DNA from: Alphaproteobacteria bacterium
Lineage (GTDB): Bacteria > Pseudomonadota > Alphaproteobacteria > UBA7985
NCBI GenBank assembly: GCA_965661545.1
Contig: CBFIEF010000008.1
Coordinates: 38,231-102,230, forward strand
Reading direction: 5' to 3'
Length of the DNA stretch: 64,000 nt
Part shown: positions 47,201-57,196 of the stretch, piece after piece
Layout of the letters: each line of letters opens with the position of its first letter
How positions within the stretch are numbered: the stretch's first letter is position 1
Translations under genes and position numbers: made by a program
The notes under the pieces: generated by a model
Told to the model about the DNA's origin: nothing
Seen by the model: the letters and a program-made list of their open reading frames with translations, nothing else
Databases searched by the model: none

Positions 47201-48186
47201 TCGGCCTGTGACGTGTCGCCGCCCAGTTCATCGGCAACGATAAACAGCGGGCGGCGCTTTTGCTCCATAAACAGCCGTCCGAGGTATTCGCCGACAAGGC
47301 CGATACACAGAAGCTGCACCGACTGGAAAAACAGGAAAATCATCGCCAAACTGGCCCAGCCGCGCACGGCGGACCCGGTCAGCACACTGCTCAACACGTA
47401 AACCAGCAACACCAGTGCCACCCCAATCGACAGCCCCGCCAGCGCTAAACACAGTCGCAGCGGCGCCATGGAAAAGCCGGTGATCGCGTCTGCTGCAAAG
47501 CTGAACATGCGGCGCAGCGGATACCCCGTCTGCCCCGCAGTACGAGGGTCGCGGCGATAGTCATAAGCCACCTGTGTTCCACCCAACCACGCTATCATTC
47601 CACGCAGATAGCGCTGCTGCTCCGGCATGGCATTGAGGTGCGCGACGATGCGGCTCGACAACAGGCGAAAATCCCCTGTATCGGTTGGAATATCGGTCGA
47701 GGATAGCCAGCGCAGCACGCGATAGAACAGGCGCGCCGAGACCCGCTTGAACCACCCCTCGCCCGCGCGTTCCAACCGGCGGCCATAGACGACATCGGCC
47801 TGCTGCGCTTCCATGAGGTCGAGCATGGGGCCGAGGGCTTCGGGGGGATCTTGCAAGTCGGCATCGATCAGCAACACGCGCTCACCCCGCGCACGGGATA
47901 AACCGGCACTCAGAGCGCGCTGGTGGCCAAAGTTCCGCGACAGGCGCACAGCGCGCAGGTGCGAATTGTTGGCGCGTGCCTCGACCATGCGAGTCCATGT
48001 CTGATCGGTCGAACCGTCATCAACCAGCACGATTTCATAGGACAGGCCCGTTGCCTCTGCGGCGGTGGTCATGCGGGCTAGAAAGGCGGCCAGTCCGTCT
48101 GCTTCGTTCAAGCAGGGCGCGACGATCGACAAAGCCGGTGCTTGCGACATCGGGGTCGCGATGGTCTCAGGGTGCTGTGCTGTCAT
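47197..48186 (-). CDS. family 2 glycosyltransferase (polyprenol-phosphate sugar transferase, ArnC/GtrB/DPM1-like) with two C-terminal TM helices
   Basis: LSIVAPCLNEADGL...YEIVLVDDGSTDQT, IDADLQDPPE, and C-terminal TMs. ATG 48186 overlaps the galE end by 20 nt. ATG 48150 is the alternative start. Confidence 0.8.
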   Translation of the reverse strand: MTAQHPETIATPMSQAPALSIVAPCLNEADGLAAFLARMTTAAEATGLSYEIVLVDDGSTDQTWTRMVEARANNSHLRAVRLSRNFGHQRALSAGLSRARGERVLLIDADLQDPPEALGPMLDLMEAQQADVVYGRRLERAGEGWFKRVSARLFYRVLRWLSSTDIPTDTGDFRLLSSRIVAHLNAMPEQQRYLRGMIAWLGGTQVAYDYRRDPRTAGQTGYPLRRMFSFAADAITGFSMAPLRLCLALAGLSIGVALVLLVYVLSSVLTGSAVRGWASLAMIFLFFQSVQLLCIGLVGEYLGRLFMEQKRRPLFIVADELGGDTSQAD

Positions 48187-49222
48187 CCTCGTCCCATAGC
48201 CCCCACTGTCGCGCAGCACCAGCCCAGCGCCAAGCATCGCGCACCATTTCCGGCAAATCGCGCTCTGCTTTCCAGCCGATTGCACGTTCTGCGGCGGTTG
48301 GATCGGCGAGCAAGGTGCTGACATCACCAGCCCGGCGCGCACCCATTTTTTGCGGCAAGTCCTGCCCCAGCTCAGCCTCAAACGCTGTCACCACGTCTCG
48401 AACGGAATAGGGCGTTCCGGTGCCAAGGTTGAGGACTGTGAAGCGCGCGTCAAAGGCTCCTGCAAGTAAAGATTTCATCGCCATGACGTGGGCCTTGGCC
48501 AGATCGACAACGTGGATGTAATCCCGCACGCCGGTGCCGTCTGGCGTGTCATAGTCCTCGCCAAGGATCGTCAGATGGTCCCGCTTACCGACAGCAACCT
48601 GGACGATGATGGGAAAGAGGTTGTTGGGGCGGTCTTTGGGGTCTTCGCCGATGAGCGCGCTATCGTGGGCACCGGCGGGGTTGAAGTAGCGCAGTGACAA
48701 GCCGTGGGTTTTGGAGGTCGAGGCGTTGGCAAGATCAGCCAGCACCTGCTCAATCATCGCTTTTGTCGCGCCATAGGGGTTCGTCGGCTGAACCCGCATG
48801 CCTTCGTGCAGCGGAAACACCTTTACATCACCATAGACTGTCGCGGAGGAGGAAAAAACGATTCCACCGCCCCCGGCGCGCTCAAACACATCAAACAGCG
48901 CGACAGAACCGGCGACGTTGTTGTCGTAATACTTCAGCGGCTCTTCGACTGACTCACCAACAGCTTTGAATGCTGCCAAGTGGATGAGGCCATCGCAGGG
49001 CGCTTGTTGCAGCACGGTTTCCATGGCAGCCCGATTGCGGATATCGACATCGAAATGCGTCAGCTTGCGCTGCGTCAGGCGCTCCAGCCGCTCCAAGACC
49101 GAGCCGCGGGCGTTCGAGAGGTTATCGACAATCACAGGCTCATAGCCTGCCGCGCACAGCTCCACCACCACGTGACTGCCGATGTAGCCCAAGCCTCCGG
49201 TGACGAGAATTTTCTGTGACAT
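48167..49222 (-). CDS. galE: UDP-glucose 4-epimerase
   Basis: MSQKILVTGGLGYIGSH, YGATKAMIEQ (Y-x3-K), about 351 aa. ATG 49222 is chosen over the upstream ORF-track start. Confidence 0.85.
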   Translation of the reverse strand: MSQKILVTGGLGYIGSHVVVELCAAGYEPVIVDNLSNARGSVLERLERLTQRKLTHFDVDIRNRAAMETVLQQAPCDGLIHLAAFKAVGESVEEPLKYYDNNVAGSVALFDVFERAGGGGIVFSSSATVYGDVKVFPLHEGMRVQPTNPYGATKAMIEQVLADLANASTSKTHGLSLRYFNPAGAHDSALIGEDPKDRPNNLFPIIVQVAVGKRDHLTILGEDYDTPDGTGVRDYIHVVDLAKAHVMAMKSLLAGAFDARFTVLNLGTGTPYSVRDVVTAFEAELGQDLPQKMGARRAGDVSTLLADPTAAERAIGWKAERDLPEMVRDAWRWAGAARQWGLWDEDDSTAP

Positions 49223-49347
49223 GGAAAAGCAGCCCTTCGCTGTGCTTGGATTAATCGACGTTTGTTGGGTTGTAGCAAACCAGCACGGCAAATCTTCACG
49301 AAATCCACGCCCTGATCTCGCTTATCGCCTTTTTCGCAGGTAGAGCC

Positions 49348-49908
49348 TCACGAAAATACGGCCTCTATGGCGAAGGCCTTGCGGGCGCGGGCTTCGAGGC
49401 CGGGGGAGCAATTGACCAGAACAGCGCCGCGAGCGGCTTGCCAAACCGGCCAGTCTTGCTGAGAATTGCCAGCATAGACGAAGCCGTCCGGGAACATGTG
49501 TGTTAGGCGCCGGGCTTTGGCTTCACCGGTCAGATTGGTCGTGCCATCGCTGGCAATGACACCATCAAAGTAGTCAAACTCTGCCCCGACCCGGCGGACG
49601 AATTCAACGTCAGACCCACTGGCCAGAACCACTGTGCGATCCATTGCACCTTGCTGATCCAGCCAACTTTCGAAATCTGCGTTCCATTTGAGGTCATAGG
49701 CGTCGAAATGGCGGAGAACTTGGACCGCCAAGGCTTGCTTGGCAGCAGCACGAGGCAGCCGAAGCGCGCGCCCAGCCTTCCACGGGTTCAGCCACAGCGC
49801 CACGCGCAACGACCACCACGACAAATCACCACGGTGCAAAGTACCGTCGAGATCAACCGCCAAAGGCAGCTTATCGAGCCCTTCGCTCGTTCGGGACACA
49901 TCGGCCAT
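49348..49908 (-). CDS. HAD-superfamily hydrolase (subfamily IB-like)
   Basis: Motif I AVDLDGTLH, then ASGSD, then a C-terminal YAGNSQQD. Confidence 0.65.
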   Translation of the reverse strand: MADVSRTSEGLDKLPLAVDLDGTLHRGDLSWWSLRVALWLNPWKAGRALRLPRAAAKQALAVQVLRHFDAYDLKWNADFESWLDQQGAMDRTVVLASGSDVEFVRRVGAEFDYFDGVIASDGTTNLTGEAKARRLTHMFPDGFVYAGNSQQDWPVWQAARGAVLVNCSPGLEARARKAFAIEAVFS

Positions 49909-50000
49909 GCCAGTTTCCGGCTCTGTTGCGACACGAGGCAGGGTGACAGCCCCTGCTCACACTGATTAATATAAGCATGAAGACAAGAGAGCCAAACCAC

Positions 50001-50501
50001 ATGACTCAGATTTCAATGACCGTTAACGGGAAAGCCGTTTCTGCCGACGTTGAGGACCGCACCTTGCTGGTCAGTTTCATCCGGGACCATTTGGGCCTAA
50101 CGGGAACACACGTTGGCTGCGAAACCTCCCAGTGCGGTGCGTGTACAGTGCACTTAGACGGTCAAGCGATGAAGTCCTGTTCCATGCTGGCCGTGATGGC
50201 CGAGGGCGCAGCGATCACGACCATCGAAGGTTTGGCCCCCAGCGCACACAAGCTCCATCCCGTCCAAGAAGCGTTTCGGGAGCATCACGGTTTACAGTGC
50301 GGCTTCTGTACACCGGGCATGATTATGTCAGCCACTGATATGATCCGCCGGTACGAAGGCAAGCTGGACGAGAAAACCATCCGCGAGCAGCTCGAAGGCA
50401 ATCTTTGCCGCTGCACGGGCTACCACAACATCGTCAAGGCCATCGAAGCGGCGGCTGAAACCATGGCTGAATCGGGTGACACCGGCGCGGCTTCGGCCTG
50501 A
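50001..50501 (+). CDS. (2Fe-2S)-binding small subunit of a molybdenum hydroxylase (CoxS/CutS-like)
   Basis: [12 protein letters not shown] and [11 protein letters not shown]...CRCTGYHNI cluster motifs. Confidence 0.88.
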   Translation: MTQISMTVNGKAVSADVEDRTLLVSFIRDHLGLTGTHVGCETSQCGACTVHLDGQAMKSCSMLAVMAEGAAITTIEGLAPSAHKLHPVQEAFREHHGLQCGFCTPGMIMSATDMIRRYEGKLDEKTIREQLEGNLCRCTGYHNIVKAIEAAAETMAESGDTGAASA

Positions 50502-50523
50502 TCCAGACGGGAAGATATAAGAT

Positions 50524-51321
50524 ATGTACGACGTTTCCTATGCGCGTGTGAACGCGGTTCCTGCGGCGGTTGATGCGTTTTCCAAAGGCGATGACCCAAA
50601 ATATGTTGCAGGCGGTCAAACCCTCATCCCCACCATGAAAGCCCGCTTGGCGGCACCGTCTGACTTGGTAGATGTTTCCAAGATTGAAGACCTGATTGGG
50701 ATTTGTGAAGATGGCGACGTGGTGATCGTTGGCGCGTCCACGACTCATGCTGCGGTAAACGCCGACGCCCTGATGAACCAACGCATCCCGAGCATCAGCG
50801 AATTGGCTGGGCAGATTGGTGACCCCATGGTCCGCCATCGCGGAACAATGGGCGGCTCGGTTGCCAACAATGACCCGTCCGCAGACTACCCCGCTGCGGT
50901 CCTCGCCCTCGGTGCGACAGTGCGCACGGACCGCCGGGATATGCGCGCCGACGACTTCTTTGTTGATATGTTTGAAACCGCGCTGGAAGAAGACGAGCTG
51001 GTCACCGCCATTGCTTTTCCTGTTCCGAAGCGCGCCGCCTATGCCAAGTTTCCCAACCCCGCATCGCGCTATGCCATGGTCGGTGTGATGGTCGCTGAAT
51101 TGGCCGATGGCTCCATTCGGGTTGCCGTGACCGGTGCAGGATCCAGCGGCGTTTTCCGTTGGACAGCGGCGGAAAAGGCGCTGGCCGGATCCATGGACGC
51201 GAAGGCACTGGAAGGGTTGAGCGTTGATGCTGATGACATGCTCGAAGACCTTCACGGCTCAGGCGAATATCGCGCCCACTTGGTCTCCGTCATGACGCGC
51301 CGGGCGGTTTTGGCGCTCTAG
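50524..51321 (+). CDS. FAD-binding medium subunit of a molybdenum hydroxylase (CoxM/CutM-like)
   Basis: [26 protein letters not shown], and a C-terminal GSGEYRAHL. Confidence 0.85.
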   Translation: MYDVSYARVNAVPAAVDAFSKGDDPKYVAGGQTLIPTMKARLAAPSDLVDVSKIEDLIGICEDGDVVIVGASTTHAAVNADALMNQRIPSISELAGQIGDPMVRHRGTMGGSVANNDPSADYPAAVLALGATVRTDRRDMRADDFFVDMFETALEEDELVTAIAFPVPKRAAYAKFPNPASRYAMVGVMVAELADGSIRVAVTGAGSSGVFRWTAAEKALAGSMDAKALEGLSVDADDMLEDLHGSGEYRAHLVSVMTRRAVLAL

Positions 51322-51514
51322 CGCCTGCCGCCACTGGGTCAAGCTCCCACCTTCGCTCTCAAACTTCACTTCCGACCTAGGCTGTGAAACGCTGGTAGGA
51401 GACAGCCCGCCCTTTCGCACTCAAGGCTTGCATGTCGAGGCGATGACAAAGGCCCGTTTGCGTTGTATTGGGCTATTGAAAAGCAGAACAACCTTTAGCG
51501 TAGGATCAAACCGC

Positions 51515-52927
51515 ATGAGCACTTCGGCTGGCCCCAAAACCCTCTATGACAAAATCTGGGACAAGCACGTTGTTCGTCAAAACGACGACGGCACGCACCT
51601 GATCTACATTGACCGTCACCTCGTGCACGAAGTGACCTCCCCGCAGGCTTTTGAAGGGCTGGAGCTGGCAGGCCGCAAAGTGCGCCGTCCTGACCTGACC
51701 CTCGCGGTTCCAGATCACAACGTCCCCACCTCTGACCGTGCTGGCGGCATTGCCAACAATGAAAGCCGGATTCAGGTTGAAACCCTGATGGAAAACTGTG
51801 CCAAGAACGATGTTCCGGTGTACGGCATGAACGACCCGCGACAGGGCATCGTTCACATCATCGGCCCAGAGCAAGGCTTCACCCTGCCCGGTACGACTGT
51901 TGTTTGCGGTGACTCCCATACCTCCACCCACGGCGCGTTTGGCGCTTTGGCATTTGGGATCGGCACCAGCCAAGTTGAGCACGTTTTGGCGACGCAGACC
52001 CTCGCGCTGGCGAAATCCAAGAACATGCTGATCCAAGTCAACGGCGACTTGGGCTTCGGTGTCACCGCCAAAGATCTGATCCTTGCGATTATCGGCAAAA
52101 TCGGCACTGCAGGCGGCACCGGCTATGTCATGGAATATGCAGGCGAAGCTGTACGGGCCCTGTCCGTCGAAGGCCGCATGACCATGTGCAACATGTCCAT
52201 CGAAGGCGGCGCACGCGCAGGATTGATTGCGCCCGATGAAAAAACATTCGAGTTCTTCAAAGGCCGTCCTTTGGCGCCCCAAGGTGCGGCTTGGGATGCA
52301 GCCGTCGAGTACTGGTCCACACTGCACACCGACGCTGGCGCGCACTACGACAAGACCGTTACCCTCAACACCGCTGAAATTCCGCCCATGGTGACGTGGG
52401 GCACCTCTCCGGAGGACGTTGCACCGATTACCGGCAACGTGCCACACCCGGACGACTTCGATGACGAAAACAAGCGAGACGCAGCGGCCCGTAGCCTCGA
52501 ATACATGGGCCTGACCGCTGGTGAGCCGATGAGTAACGTGAAGGTCGATACCGTCTTTGTCGGATCTTGCACCAATGGCCGGATCGAAGATCTGCGCGCT
52601 GCAGCGGTGATCGCCAAAGGCAAAAAAGTCAAAAATGGCGTTCGGGCCATGGTTGTTCCGGGCTCGGGTTTGGTTAAGGCGCAGGCGGAGGAAGAAGGCC
52701 TAGCAGCAATCTTCAAGGAAGCTGGTTTCGACTGGCGCGAGCCGGGTTGTTCCATGTGTTTGGCGATGAACGACGACAAACTCACCGTCGGTGAGCGCGC
52801 TGCGTCCACGTCCAACCGCAACTTCGAAGGCCGTCAGGGCCGGGGTGGCCGAACACACTTGGTTTCCCCCGCAATGGCAGCAGCAGCAGCGATCACCGGT
52901 CACCTGACCGACGTTCGCGACTTCTAA
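51515..52927 (+). CDS. leuC: 3-isopropylmalate dehydratase large subunit
   Basis: [20 protein letters not shown]...[32 protein letters not shown]. Confidence 0.95.
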   Translation: MSTSAGPKTLYDKIWDKHVVRQNDDGTHLIYIDRHLVHEVTSPQAFEGLELAGRKVRRPDLTLAVPDHNVPTSDRAGGIANNESRIQVETLMENCAKNDVPVYGMNDPRQGIVHIIGPEQGFTLPGTTVVCGDSHTSTHGAFGALAFGIGTSQVEHVLATQTLALAKSKNMLIQVNGDLGFGVTAKDLILAIIGKIGTAGGTGYVMEYAGEAVRALSVEGRMTMCNMSIEGGARAGLIAPDEKTFEFFKGRPLAPQGAAWDAAVEYWSTLHTDAGAHYDKTVTLNTAEIPPMVTWGTSPEDVAPITGNVPHPDDFDDENKRDAAARSLEYMGLTAGEPMSNVKVDTVFVGSCTNGRIEDLRAAAVIAKGKKVKNGVRAMVVPGSGLVKAQAEEEGLAAIFKEAGFDWREPGCSMCLAMNDDKLTVGERAASTSNRNFEGRQGRGGRTHLVSPAMAAAAAITGHLTDVRDF

Positions 52928-52962
52928 GCCAACCCACCGCACAAGAAAAAGGATCAAGCATC

Positions 52963-53574
52963 ATGGAAAAGCTTCGTTCGCACAGCGGTGTGGCCGCGCC
53001 GCTCAATCTGGTCAACGTCGATACCGACATGATCATCCCCAAGCAATTCCTCAAAACCATTAAGCGCACCGGCTTATCAGAAGGCCTATTCGACGAGATG
53101 CGCCGGACGCCGGATGGGACCGTGGTTGAAGGCTTTACGCTGAACCAGCCGCAGTACCAAAACAGCTCGGTATTGGTCGCAGGCGACAACTTTGGCTGTG
53201 GCTCGTCTCGTGAGCACGCGCCTTGGGCGCTGGTTGATTGGGGCTTTCGCGTGATCATCGCGCCAAGCTTCGCTGATATCTTCTACAACAACTGCTTCAA
53301 CAATTCGATTTTGCCCATCACTCTGCCGCAGGAGCAGGTTGATAAGCTCATGCAAGACGCCAACCAAGCCTCTACCATCAGCGTCAATGTTGAAGCCCTG
53401 ACCATTGAACGTCCCAATGGTGAAATCATTCGTTTCACGTTGGATAAAGGTTTGCAGCACCGCCTGCTCGAGGGCTTGGACCCTGTGGGTATGACACTGG
53501 AACACGCTGAAGACATCACCGCGTTTGAGGCCGCAGACCGCGCGGACCGACCGTGGGCCCATAAGGCCTTTTAG
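52963..53574 (+). CDS. leuD: 3-isopropylmalate dehydratase small subunit
   Basis: MEKLRSHSGVAAPLNLVNVDTDMIIPKQFLK..., GDNFGCGSSREHAPWAL. Confidence 0.95.
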   Translation: MEKLRSHSGVAAPLNLVNVDTDMIIPKQFLKTIKRTGLSEGLFDEMRRTPDGTVVEGFTLNQPQYQNSSVLVAGDNFGCGSSREHAPWALVDWGFRVIIAPSFADIFYNNCFNNSILPITLPQEQVDKLMQDANQASTISVNVEALTIERPNGEIIRFTLDKGLQHRLLEGLDPVGMTLEHAEDITAFEAADRADRPWAHKAF

Positions 53575-53593
53575 GGATCGAAGTTGGGACAAG

Positions 53594-53769
53594 GTTGCTC
53601 GGCGACCCTGTCGCCGGTCGGCTCTCGCCTCCGACTATACGAAGGTGATCAGGGGCTTTGCCCCTCGATCGGTCAAGGCCAAGCCGACTGCGTGGGTGCT
53701 GCGCAGCCTTGACCGATCACACCCTAGACTTCGCCAGTCTGGCAGAGGTTCAGGCGAGCTGAACCTCTG
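53594..53769. repeat. composite GC-rich four-hairpin intergenic repeat (copy 2)
   Basis: Hairpins: 53601-53615; 53651-53665; 53667-53718 (13-bp perfect stem GATCGGTCAAGGC/GCCTTGACCGATC); 53743-53769 (11-bp stem). Colinear with the reverse complement of 7871-8055. Confidence 0.85.
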
Positions 53770-53805
53770 ATTCTAGGTAAAAGGCCTATGATTTCCGGGC
53801 GGGCG

Positions 53806-54354
53806 CTATCCGTCCTTGGAGACCGTCTTGCTGGGGCGCACCAGTCCCCAGAACAGCCGCGCCACCATGCGCGCGACATAGTAAGCAAGCACCGCAGCGC
53901 TCAGCGCCATCACTGCGCTTTCCAGATTGAAGGCAATGCCCATCTCGAAATTCCGCAAAGTGCCTTGAACGAATTCTGGGCGCAGGTTCAGCGGTAACTT
54001 GAGAAGCCGCTCAAACGCCTTTTGGCCAGTCATATCCACGATGGTCGCTTGCAACCAAGCGGCACGCTCAACCAACGCTTCCCATGCCGTCACGGAGCTT
54101 TGCAGAGCAACGGCGGCCATTCCCTCACTGTGTGTAACAGCGCTCTTCAGCGCCTCAGCGCTCGCCACACCCATGGTTTCCATGGCTCGGTTGAGCTCTT
54201 GCTGGGCGATCTGGGCGGTTCGATTGGCTTCATCGACGCGCCCTTGCAAGTAATTGAGATAGGCGCTTTGAAAGGTGGGCACTTGGGACGCTGCCGCCCC
54301 GCCAACGGCACCCGTCAAGAGCGCAAGAGGCCGGGTCAATATCCATCCAATCAT
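53806..54354 (-). CDS. hypothetical membrane-associated protein, DUF2937-like
   Basis: 182 aa. N-terminal LTRPLALLTGAVGGAAASQVPTFQSAYLNYLQGRVDEA resembles my recollection of the DUF2937 N-terminus. It has a C-terminal TM. The family call is tentative. Confidence 0.5.
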   Translation of the reverse strand: MIGWILTRPLALLTGAVGGAAASQVPTFQSAYLNYLQGRVDEANRTAQIAQQELNRAMETMGVASAEALKSAVTHSEGMAAVALQSSVTAWEALVERAAWLQATIVDMTGQKAFERLLKLPLNLRPEFVQGTLRNFEMGIAFNLESAVMALSAAVLAYYVARMVARLFWGLVRPSKTVSKDG

Positions 54355-54725
54355 GGTTCGCGATATCCTTATTCATTTCAACGAGCCAATTAGGCCCCGT
54401 CTGATGGGCACCAGCGTACATCGGTCACCGTTGCAAGGACAACTGTAAGGCAGACTGAAACACGAAAGAATCTGTTTGTGATCGCGCCATCTTAAGAGAA
54501 TGCTGGGGTCGAAAAGTGGAGCGGGGGTGCTCAACGCTGCATCAAGATACGACCTAGAAACGGTGGCACGCTGCCTATCCACAATTTTATGCAAAATCTC
54601 CACAGCGGCTCAACTGAAGCATGCTCTACCGCCGACACCTTAGCGCAATTGAACGCATAATATGGGTGGCGGGTCGAGTGTGGGCTGTCATTGCTGAAAA
54701 AACTGGTTCTTGGGGTGGTAGAAAA

Positions 54726-57122
54726 ATGTTCAGGAAACTTAGAGCTTGGTCGATATCCCTTCTCGTGGGTCTGGCCTCGCTTGGCTTTGCAGGGGCACAG
54801 ACAGAGACGGCGACAGCACCGATCGAGGGCAACATTGCGATTACCCCAATAAATACGGCGGACTTGCACCAAATCATGCGCATGCTGCAGTCCCTCCCCG
54901 TTCAAATCCCAACCAGTCCTCCGCGACCTCGGGTTGCCGTGATCTACGATGGCTCCCGATCCATGCTGTCGTCGATGAGTGCGTCAGAGCCTATTTCAAA
55001 GGCGCAGGTTGCCGCTGAAGCCTTTGAGACCGTGATGCCATTGCTGATGCAAGACGCTGATGTCGATATCCTTCGGTTTGGTGGAGAGGCACAGGGCACC
55101 TGTTGGCCCCAACATGCCTACTCCACTCAGCAGGGCAAAGTTCGGGTGCCTTCTGCTGCAGAATTAGACAGCTGGCAGGCTGTCGCCAACAGTCCTTCGG
55201 CTCAGGGTTCTCCCTTGTGGCTGTCGGTGCAGGCTGCTGCTGAAATCATGCGCGCCCAAGGTGACGCAGGCGGATCGATCGTCTTGCTTTCTGATGGACG
55301 AGATCAGTGCCCAGAAACGCCCGAAAATGTCTGTGAACGCATGGTTGACTTGGGCAATGAAGGCTTCACCGTCCATGTTCTGTCGGTCAACGCACCACGC
55401 GCCGATCGCCCCGGCCTGCGCTGTATCGCCAATAATACCGGTGGGGTCTTTGCCCACGCCAGTGACCCGGCCAGTGTTGAAGCTTTATTGGGTGTGCTGA
55501 CCCGCGTCGCACAGGCGGAGTCGCACACCAAGGCCGTAGAACAAGCCCATCAGCGCCTGCGCAACCTGGTAGAAAGCCAAACGGGTCAGGCCGTTGTGAT
55601 TGAGCGGCAGTTGGGCGAAGTCATCAGCGATATCATGGCTGCGAACCGGAACCTTGCCACTCTCCAAGACGACCTCGCAAGTCACCTTGACCGGGATATT
55701 TCCGTGTTGCAAATCGCGGAAACCATCGATGTCCTTCGCACGAAAGTAGACGGCCTCACCAAAGAGCTGACTGAGGCAAGTCAGGTGATCAGGGTCTTGC
55801 AGGTTCGCATGGATGAGGCCAATCAAACCATCGGCGATCGAGATGATATTATCTTGGGGATGGAGAAAGAGATCCTGCGCCTGCGTGGTGTCTCTGACCG
55901 GTTCCATAAGAGTTTGGGCCGTAAGACGCAGCAAATCAGCGAATTGATGATCCGTGGCACGCAAATCGAGCAAAAATTGATCGAACTTCATCAGGAAAAC
56001 ATGAGCTTGAAGGACCAGGTTGGGATACTGGAGGCGTCCTTGGTTGAACAGGTTGCCAGTAGTATGGCCCGCGCTGGTGAGCTGAAGAATCAATGCGATC
56101 AGTCCATTCGGGACCTAAAGGATCACCATCAAACTCACCTCAGTCCGCTTCAAGCTGAACTGATGCAGTGCAAGGCCACCAAGACGCAAGCGGATCGCGC
56201 ATCGGAAAGCGTGATGAGCAACCTTCGGACGGAGATTAGCGAACTTAAGGCGCAAAGTGTGCTGTTGGAGGAAGCGGTGGTCAAAGCGCAAGCGGACCGT
56301 AACATGTACCGCACTCAATATGGGGAAGAGCGGAATAAGCACTCCGCCTTGTTAACCACGCTGGCAGAGCTGCAGTCGGACCGCGAAAGCCTGAAGGCTG
56401 AGATCGCAGTCGCTGAAGCGGCGAATAAGACACAAGCCGCTGAGATCATCCAATGCAAGGCTTCTCTGGACTTGGCCATAGGAGAGCGTGGAGGCTTCAC
56501 AGCAGCTTTAGAAAACTGTCAAAGCGAGAAAGATCAGCTGCGCGCAGAATTGGATCAGACGCGCTCAGAACTGAGCACTGTTCGGGCTAAACTTTCGGCA
56601 GCAAACCGCGCGCTCAACAATGCGCACAAAGGTAATCAGGCCCTGCAACTCAGCCTGTTCGACGCCCAACAGGACGCCAAAGCCGGGGCCACGCGCATCA
56701 TCGCGCTAGAGGCTAGAATTATTGAACAAGAAGGCACGATTGTTCGGCTTGAAGATATTCTGCGGACGATGAAAGCCTGTCGCCACGACCTGAGCGCGCT
56801 CGGCAAAGGCAAGAGAGGACAGGGTCCGGGAGCGGGCCATAGGGATGGGTTTAAGCAATTCCACGAGGGCATGCCCGACGGGGAGGACGACCAAGCCCGC
56901 CATGAAGAACCGCCGAAGCGAGACCCTCGTCACCACCAATGTGGCGGAGATGAACGGGGGACAAAGGATGAAGACCGGCACTCAGACCTTCGAGCGCCAG
57001 ACACAATCATCGACCTTGGTCCAAACATCCAAGAACCTGAGCCCGTTGAACGAACCTCTGGCGATGACATCATCGAACGTCTTCAGGAGCTGAGTACGGC
57101 GAGCTTGGAAATTTTGCTGTAA
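54726..57122 (+). CDS. signal-peptide protein with an N-terminal vWA domain (intact MIDAS), a ~430-aa coiled coil and a charged His/Asp/Glu/Arg-rich tail
   Basis: Signal peptide MFRKLRAWSISLLVGLASLGFAGAQ. MIDAS DGSRS at 54948-54962, later IVLLSDGRD. A long heptad-like region is rich in L/E/Q/K/A. ATG 54726 is preceded by GGTGG. Confidence 0.7.
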   Translation: MFRKLRAWSISLLVGLASLGFAGAQTETATAPIEGNIAITPINTADLHQIMRMLQSLPVQIPTSPPRPRVAVIYDGSRSMLSSMSASEPISKAQVAAEAFETVMPLLMQDADVDILRFGGEAQGTCWPQHAYSTQQGKVRVPSAAELDSWQAVANSPSAQGSPLWLSVQAAAEIMRAQGDAGGSIVLLSDGRDQCPETPENVCERMVDLGNEGFTVHVLSVNAPRADRPGLRCIANNTGGVFAHASDPASVEALLGVLTRVAQAESHTKAVEQAHQRLRNLVESQTGQAVVIERQLGEVISDIMAANRNLATLQDDLASHLDRDISVLQIAETIDVLRTKVDGLTKELTEASQVIRVLQVRMDEANQTIGDRDDIILGMEKEILRLRGVSDRFHKSLGRKTQQISELMIRGTQIEQKLIELHQENMSLKDQVGILEASLVEQVASSMARAGELKNQCDQSIRDLKDHHQTHLSPLQAELMQCKATKTQADRASESVMSNLRTEISELKAQSVLLEEAVVKAQADRNMYRTQYGEERNKHSALLTTLAELQSDRESLKAEIAVAEAANKTQAAEIIQCKASLDLAIGERGGFTAALENCQSEKDQLRAELDQTRSELSTVRAKLSAANRALNNAHKGNQALQLSLFDAQQDAKAGATRIIALEARIIEQEGTIVRLEDILRTMKACRHDLSALGKGKRGQGPGAGHRDGFKQFHEGMPDGEDDQARHEEPPKRDPRHHQCGGDERGTKDEDRHSDLRAPDTIIDLGPNIQEPEPVERTSGDDIIERLQELSTASLEILL

Positions 57123-57143
57123 ACCAGCGATATTCAATCCAAG

Positions 57144-57172
57144 AAAAAGGGGGCCGCAAGCCCCCTTTTTTT
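57144..57172. terminator. bidirectional rho-independent terminator
   Basis: AAAAAGGGGGC-CGCAA-GCCCCCTTTTTTT lies between the convergent vWA gene and the aminomethyltransferase gene. Confidence 0.85.
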
Positions 57173-57196
57173 ATGGTGCTGGATTGGCTAGCAGGT

